From Euryarchaeota archaeon UBA58 (lineage in GTDB: Archaea > Thermoplasmatota > Poseidoniia > Poseidoniales > Thalassarchaeaceae), in assembly GCA_002498525.1 (NCBI GenBank), contig DAHR01000013.1, positions 131,809-194,213 on the forward strand: 62,405 bases of DNA, given 5' to 3'. Numbering within the stretch: position 1 is the stretch's first letter; every line of letters starts with the position of its first letter. This document shows positions 56,876-62,405 of the stretch, in pieces. Both the position numbers and the translations under genes were made by a program. The notes beneath the pieces were generated by a model. The model did not search any database. It worked only from the letters and a program-made list of their open reading frames with translations, and had not been told where the DNA came from.

Positions 56876-59605
56876 TCAGTCCTCCACGGTTTTCGATTCA
56901 CCCGTTTTCGCCAGCGCAGACTGCATCGCGTAGAGTGCCTCCAGCGCCTCGCGTGGAGTCAGTGAATCCGGGTCGAGAGCCTCTAGCCGCTCGGCGATTT
57001 CACGCAGCGCAGGATTCTCCTGCACTATGACTTCGGTCGGCGGAGCACTGGATTCCACATCCCAAGGAAGTGACTCAGCAGTAGAGGCTGAACTCGCAGC
57101 ACCCGTAGTTGGCACCTCCGGAGAGCGCAGCATCCAGCCGTAGAGGCTGGATTGTCCCACAGCCCGCAAATCGGGCGTGCCATCACTGCCTGCACGCGCG
57201 CCCTGAGCTTGATTCTCAAGGAATAAAAGAAGGTCGCGCGCCCGCTCGACAACACCAACTGGCAGACCCGCCAAAGCAGCAACTTGGACACCGTAGGAGT
57301 CGTCACACGGCCCATCTGCAACGGTGTGGAGGAAGCGTATCTCGCCGTTGACATCGGCGACTTGGACGTGGATGTTGACCAAACCGTTCACCTCATCGGC
57401 AAGGCCGGTCAACTGGTGGTAATGTGTCGCGAACAAAGTCCTCGCACCGACCCTCTTGGCGATGTCTTCGGTAACCGACCAAGCAATCGCCAAGCCATCG
57501 AAAGTCGAGGTGCCGCGCCCCACTTCATCGAGCAGAACGAGACTACGAGGTGTCGCTCTGCGCAGAATATGCGCGACTTCGATCATTTCCATCATGAAAG
57601 TCGAGCGACCGCGCCGCAGGTCATCGTGAGCGCCGACACGAGTGAAGACGCGGTCGACGATGCCGATCCTCGCCTTCTCAGCAGGAACGAAGGAACCGGC
57701 CTGCGCGAGAATCGTCAGCAAGGCAGTCTGGCGCAGATAAGTCGATTTCCCGCCCATGTTCGGGCCGGTCAACAACAGGAATCTGCGTTTGTTGTCAAAG
57801 CGAATCCCATTCGGCACGAAACGCCCATCGGCCTCCAGCACTGGATGCCGTCCGCCGATGATTTCCATCGATGAATCCATCCGCAGATCCGGCCTGTTCC
57901 ACGAGCGCTGCCGAGCGTGATGAGCAAAGCTCGCAAGCACGTCCGCGCTCGCCACTTTTCGCCCGATCTGGCTCAGAGTGTTCGAATGTGAAGCGACCTC
58001 GCTACGTAACTCACGGAAGAGTTCTGCCTCGAGCGCTTTAGCTCGATCATCAGCTGTCAGAATGACCTCCTGCCATACCTTCAACTCGTCCGTAGTGTAA
58101 CGTTCTGCATTGGTCAGAGTCTGTCGTCTGCGGTATTCCTCAGGGACTTTATCGAGGTGCAAAGTGGTGATTTGAATGAAGAATCCGAACTGTCGATTCT
58201 GCTTCACTTTCAGGCTCGGAATGTCCAGCCTCTCCCTCTCCCTCGCCTCGAATCCACGCAACCAATCCGTCCCTTCCGCCGCCTTCTGCCGCAGGTCATC
58301 CAACTGCTCGTTGACACCTGTCTGGAAGAGACCGCCGTCGCGAATCGTCGCCGGCGGTTCTGCGACGAGCCGCGTTGCGATATGATGCATCAGCGGTTCG
58401 AGTTCCCCTAATCCTTCAGCGCATTCATGCAGTAATTCGGCCGAGCCTTCTGAGAGCATCGCCTGCAGTCTCGGCATGCGCTCGAGGCAGTCTGCAACCG
58501 CTACGAGGTCGCGCGCATTGGCTCGGCCGTAAGCGAGTCGCGTCGCCAGACGCTCGAGGTCGCGCATCGATTTCAGCGACTCGCGAATCGACTCCAGACG
58601 CCGCGGCGCCTTGACCAAGGCGCCGACAGCCGCCTGCCGGGCCGCGATTTTCTCAGGATTCGTCAAGGGCCGCAGAATCCATTCCCTCAACTGCCTGCGG
58701 CCCATCCAAGTCCGCGTGCAATCGATCGCCTGAACCAACGAACCCTCCTTCTCGCCGGCCAGAGTGTGAGTCAATTCGAGATTGCGTAGCGTTGTCTGGT
58801 CGAGCACTAAATGTCCATCATCAGCATCGAAGAGCACCTCTCGAAGAGGCACGATATCGACGAGGTGCAACTTCGCCAAGTAACCTGCAGTAAGTCCGCA
58901 GGCTTCCATCGCTAGCGGTCGCCGATCCAGGTCGACAGAACCGAGATCGGCCAAAGCAAGATGGTCACGAACAGATTGCAGATGCTGCTCTTTTGTGCCA
59001 TCATGAACACTCAGAGTCACCCTGTCGAGAGCAGCCATAACCGAGCGCAATTCCTCGCTCTCAGCGTCGCGCCGAGAGAGCACCAGCTCGCTCGGCGCCC
59101 AACGCTGCAACTCATCGCAAACACGCTCGATGCGACCCGGGCCGGAATGCTCCTGCAACCAGGCCCGTCCAGTCGAAGAATCGAGGATGGCGACACCGAT
59201 CCCATCGCCACGCGAAACCAGCCCAGCGAGCAGGCTTGAGCCATCCTCGCCAATCAGCCCTTCTTCGTACAATGAGCCCGGAGTGTAAACCCGCGTAACG
59301 ACCCGCTCGAGAATCTTCGCGCCTGGCCTCAAATCCTCTTCCTGCTCACATAAAGTGACCTTGTGCCCCGCCCGAAGCATGCCTTGGAGATAGGCCTCAA
59401 CGGAGTGCCAAGGAACGCCGGCCATCGGTACCGGATTGTCAGACTTCTTGTCCCGACTGGTCAATGTGATACCAAGGACTTCCGACGCCAGAACCGCATC
59501 CTCATGGAACATTTCGTAAAAATCACCCATCCTGAAGAACAGCACCGTATCAGGGTGCTGCGCCTTGATCTCAGCGTATTGATCGAGCATTCCTCGCTTT
59601 GACAT
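56876..59605 (-). CDS. mutS: DNA mismatch repair protein MutS
   Basis: FFRMGDFYEMF, TGPNMGGKST, STFMMEM, DEVGRGTS, ATHY and SYG; GGAGG upstream of ATG 59605. Confidence 0.97.
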   Translation of the reverse strand: MSKRGMLDQYAEIKAQHPDTVLFFRMGDFYEMFHEDAVLASEVLGITLTSRDKKSDNPVPMAGVPWHSVEAYLQGMLRAGHKVTLCEQEEDLRPGAKILERVVTRVYTPGSLYEEGLIGEDGSSLLAGLVSRGDGIGVAILDSSTGRAWLQEHSGPGRIERVCDELQRWAPSELVLSRRDAESEELRSVMAALDRVTLSVHDGTKEQHLQSVRDHLALADLGSVDLDRRPLAMEACGLTAGYLAKLHLVDIVPLREVLFDADDGHLVLDQTTLRNLELTHTLAGEKEGSLVQAIDCTRTWMGRRQLREWILRPLTNPEKIAARQAAVGALVKAPRRLESIRESLKSMRDLERLATRLAYGRANARDLVAVADCLERMPRLQAMLSEGSAELLHECAEGLGELEPLMHHIATRLVAEPPATIRDGGLFQTGVNEQLDDLRQKAAEGTDWLRGFEARERERLDIPSLKVKQNRQFGFFIQITTLHLDKVPEEYRRRQTLTNAERYTTDELKVWQEVILTADDRAKALEAELFRELRSEVASHSNTLSQIGRKVASADVLASFAHHARQRSWNRPDLRMDSSMEIIGGRHPVLEADGRFVPNGIRFDNKRRFLLLTGPNMGGKSTYLRQTALLTILAQAGSFVPAEKARIGIVDRVFTRVGAHDDLRRGRSTFMMEMIEVAHILRRATPRSLVLLDEVGRGTSTFDGLAIAWSVTEDIAKRVGARTLFATHYHQLTGLADEVNGLVNIHVQVADVNGEIRFLHTVADGPCDDSYGVQVAALAGLPVGVVERARDLLLFLENQAQGARAGSDGTPDLRAVGQSSLYGWMLRSPEVPTTGAASSASTAESLPWDVESSAPPTEVIVQENPALREIAERLEALDPDSLTPREALEALYAMQSALAKTGESKTVED

Positions 59606-59759
59606 GCCATATCCCTCCAACGCTAACGCTGCGCGTGGGCCTCGGCTGCGAGCCGAGGGTGCATAAGCAATCCTGCTGCCGCCCCAAAGGGGCGGGAGTT
59701 AGAACGGCAACGGCGAGATTATCTCCGGCAGCCGCTGCCATTGGTTGGAGTCGACCAGC

Positions 59760-60701
59760 ATGGGGGAGAATCGCCAACTCGGAATGCATGGTCGGATGCT
59801 GCTGGTCGCACTCATCTGGGGATTGTCTTGGGCCATCGGTCGAATGCTCGCCCTCGGCCTGCCGCCGATGACTGGAGCATGGTTGCGCTACGCCGTCACC
59901 ATGCTCATCTTCTACGCCTGGTTCGCCGCGCGCGCCGCACGCGGACAACATGTCCGCTGGTTGCCCTCAAGGCGCCAATCCTGGAAGACTCTCGCAATCA
60001 TCGGCGTGACCGGCGTCCTAGGCTACCAGATCTTCTTCATGCACGGGATGAAACTCACGGCCGCCGGCGACGCATCATTGATCATCACGTTCAACCCGAT
60101 TTTCACAGTTCTGCTCGCAGCGCCACTCCTCGGCCAAGCCATCTCGCGCAAGATGTTCGCAGGCCTTTTCTGCGCCTTCATCGGAGTGTTGATCGTGACG
60201 GGCTGGAGCCCGAACACCGACCTGCCATTCGAGGAGAGACTGCTCGGTGACGTACTGATTCTTGCTGCCGCCCTCTGTTGGGCGACGACGACGAACATGA
60301 CGCGGAGAATGATGGAGCGAAGGGGTGGTGAGGAGGAAGCGACGACGCTTGAAATCGTGGTTTGGTATTCGCTGATTGGGACGCTGATGCTGACTCCATT
60401 CGCAGCTTGGGAAGCCTACCAACTCGGCCTTCCACAACCCACGACAGGGGATTGGTACGCCATTCTCTACCTCGGCGCGCTCTCTACCGTCCTCGCCTAC
60501 TATTGGTTCGCGATGGGCATCGAGAGGCTTGGTGCGACCGCCGCCGCTTCCTATGTTTTCATCGTCCCGTTCTTCGGTGTTCTAGGCGGCGTTCTTCTGC
60601 TCGACGAGAAGGTCGGTTGGAGCCTTCTCGTAGGCTTCTGTTTGATAGTCGCCGGAGTTCGCTTAGTGCAGGCCGAGAGTGAGAGACTCCGGACCGGTTG
60701 A
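59760..60701 (+). CDS. DMT/EamA family transporter
   Basis: Two EamA repeats (IWGLSW...; LLDEKVG), about 10 TM. Confidence 0.88.
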   Translation: MGENRQLGMHGRMLLVALIWGLSWAIGRMLALGLPPMTGAWLRYAVTMLIFYAWFAARAARGQHVRWLPSRRQSWKTLAIIGVTGVLGYQIFFMHGMKLTAAGDASLIITFNPIFTVLLAAPLLGQAISRKMFAGLFCAFIGVLIVTGWSPNTDLPFEERLLGDVLILAAALCWATTTNMTRRMMERRGGEEEATTLEIVVWYSLIGTLMLTPFAAWEAYQLGLPQPTTGDWYAILYLGALSTVLAYYWFAMGIERLGATAAASYVFIVPFFGVLGGVLLLDEKVGWSLLVGFCLIVAGVRLVQAESERLRTG

Positions 60702-60775
60702 AGGTGTTATTGCGGACTGAATGAAGCGGTGACTGCAAACGAGATGGGGTAGCCCCTACGGGGCTTCACTCAGCA

Positions 60776-60782
60776 TTATATA
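60776..60782 (+). promoter_or_regulatory. archaeal TATA box for rpl10e
   Basis: TTATATA about 36 nt upstream of the rpl10e ATG. Confidence 0.55.
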
Positions 60783-60817
60783 CGGCTGGCAGGTCGGCCG
60801 AGCCCGAGGGAATCGAG

Positions 60818-61363
60818 ATGGCACGCAAACCAGCCAAGATGTATCGCTCGGTCAAGGGCCAGGCCTACACCCGCCGAGAGTACACCGGCGGTGTCCCGAA
60901 CAACAGGATCCTGCGCTTCCACATGGGCAACCGCAAGGCAGCTGAGGCGGGTGAATTCGATGTCGTGGTTCAACTGACTGTCAACAATGCTGTGCAGATC
61001 CGTCACACCGCTCTCGAAGCGGCTCGACAAGTCTCCAACTCCACCATCCGAAACGCTGCTGGAGAGGAGGGCTATGCTCTTCGTATCCACAAGTATCCTC
61101 ACATCATTCTACGCGAGAACAAGCAGGCGACCGGTGCCGGCGCCGACCGTGTCTCGCAAGGAATGCGACTGGCATTCGGCAAGAATGTCGGGACAGCAGC
61201 GCGTGTTCGAAAGAATGACGTCATCGTCTCGATCCACACTTCGGCGGAGTTCTACCTCGACGCGCGCAATGCTCTTCGTAAAGCTGGAATGAAGTTCCCA
61301 AGCTCGGTCACCATCAGCGTCTCCCGAGGTGCTGAGCACCTGCGGGTCAAGGGTCTCATCTGA
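60818..61363 (+). CDS. rpl10e: 50S ribosomal protein L10e (uL16)
   Basis: MARKPAKMYR, QIRHTALEAAR and LRENKQATGAGADRVSQGMRLAFGK. Confidence 0.97.
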   Translation: MARKPAKMYRSVKGQAYTRREYTGGVPNNRILRFHMGNRKAAEAGEFDVVVQLTVNNAVQIRHTALEAARQVSNSTIRNAAGEEGYALRIHKYPHIILRENKQATGAGADRVSQGMRLAFGKNVGTAARVRKNDVIVSIHTSAEFYLDARNALRKAGMKFPSSVTISVSRGAEHLRVKGLI

Positions 61364-61375
61364 GCGTGGTCGGGC

Positions 61376-61954
61376 ATGGTTCCCGGCGACCCACTGACGA
61401 TTCTGCAAGACTCTCTCCGAGGGGCACCGATAATCTGGAAGGGTGATTACCCTTACTTCATCCACCCGATCTCCGACGGCATCCCGCGCATGGATGCGGA
61501 AGTGCTTCGTGCGACTCGTGACCTGATCGTCTCCAGCATTGACTGGTCAGAGGTCGACCTGATCGTCACTGTCGAGGCGATGGGATTGCCTCTGCTCGCT
61601 GCGGTCGGGGATGCTACGGGAAAGCCGACCGTCGTGATCCGCAAGCGCTCGTACGGAATGGAAGGTGAAGTCAGGGTAGATGTCGCTACCGGTTACTCGC
61701 AGTCCATCGTTTACATCAATGACATCAAGCCAGGGGAGAGGGTCGTCATCGTCGATGATGTGATCTCCACCGGCGGCACTCTGGAGCCTCTGCTCGAACG
61801 ACTCGAGAGCATGGGTGTCATCCTGCACGATGTCGTCGTCGCCATTGAGAAGGGGGAGGGACGCGAGCGCTTGAATCGCGAGCGACCAGACTGGCCGCTT
61901 CGATCCTTGGTACGAATCGACATCATCGACGGCAAGGTCGAAATCATCGACTGA
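61376..61954 (+). CDS. hpt: archaeal hypoxanthine/guanine phosphoribosyltransferase-like protein
   Basis: YPYFIHPISDG, EAMG, IRKR and PRPP loop IVDDVISTGGT. Confidence 0.88.
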   Translation: MVPGDPLTILQDSLRGAPIIWKGDYPYFIHPISDGIPRMDAEVLRATRDLIVSSIDWSEVDLIVTVEAMGLPLLAAVGDATGKPTVVIRKRSYGMEGEVRVDVATGYSQSIVYINDIKPGERVVIVDDVISTGGTLEPLLERLESMGVILHDVVVAIEKGEGRERLNRERPDWPLRSLVRIDIIDGKVEIID

Positions 61955-61958
61955 TCGT

Positions 61959-62405
61959 TCACTCGCCGAGTTGCTCTGAGCGGTCGCGGGCGGCGAGGAT
62001 CGCATCGATGACGAGACGGACGTAATCATTGTCACCGAGGTGCGAGATCGCTGCCTCGGTGGTCCCGCCCTTGGAAGTCACTCCTTCGCGCAGGGCGGTG
62101 GTGTCGAGGGGTGATTCGATGGCGAGGCGAGCAGCGCCGAGGACAGTCTGCAGGACGAGGCGCTCTGCCATTTCAGGCGACATTCCCATCTCTACACCAC
62201 TCTCGATCATCGCTTCCATGGTGTGGAAGATGTAAGCTGGGCCGGTACCACTCAAAGCGGTCACCGGATCCATCAATTCCTCTGGGGCTTCGAGCGAGTC
62301 GCCGACCGCGCGAAGCACATAATCGACTCGCTCTACATCGATATCACCTACATTGGCTCCGCGTGAAAACACACTGATCCCTTCACCGACCATCGCAGGC
62401 AGGTT
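61959..62405 (-). CDS. proC: pyrroline-5-carboxylate reductase, C-terminal part (truncated by window edge)
   Basis: NLPAMVGEG, TALSGTGPAY and VTSKGGTT. Confidence 0.93.
   Translation of the reverse strand, partial: NLPAMVGEGISVFSRGANVGDIDVERVDYVLRAVGDSLEAPEELMDPVTALSGTGPAYIFHTMEAMIESGVEMGMSPEMAERLVLQTVLGAARLAIESPLDTTALREGVTSKGGTTEAAISHLGDNDYVRLVIDAILAARDRSEQLGE

Noticed and set aside
54900..59605. mutS-mutL (and gyrBA, sufCBD) in an archaeon as a novelty or sign of contamination
   Set aside because: Bacterial-type MutSL, gyrase and Suf are established in several euryarchaeal lineages and are interleaved here with archaeal genes

Overview
Gene-dense, GC-rich archaeal chromosome segment, most consistent with Marine Group II Euryarchaeota (Ca. 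Poseidoniales). Archaeal information genes (rpl10e, csl4, nmd3, METTL5-like methyltransferase, COG1031 radical SAM, archaeal hpt) are interleaved with bacterial-type genes (gyrBA, mutSL, sufCBD, ccm, fabH, rmuC, RsuA-type pseudouridine synthase) and several very large membrane-anchored surface proteins or proteases. One tRNA-Ser(GCT) is present. I saw no CRISPR array, transposase, integrase or prophage. Most notable: (1) an exosome cap protein Csl4 fused to a CxxC-x17-CxxC zinc ribbon, an RRM and an RGG tail; (2) a tight catabolic cluster containing a class-3 asparaginase homolog with a Zn-ligand Lys->Glu change and an ALDH with an N-terminal CCxSGCxxC motif; (3) a compact Ccm module (fused CcmA-CcmB-like, CcmC and an unlisted CcmD-like small ORF); (4) an Fe-S locus with divergent Nfu+MntR and an unlisted 46-aa Cys-rich ORF after sufD; (5) a membrane-embedded Smr-domain protein; (6) a 1721-aa RCC1/GCC2_GCC3-like/TSP3 surface protein; (7) several intergenic inverted repeats and a possible pseudoknot. 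All family assignments come from motif recognition by eye; no database searches were run.
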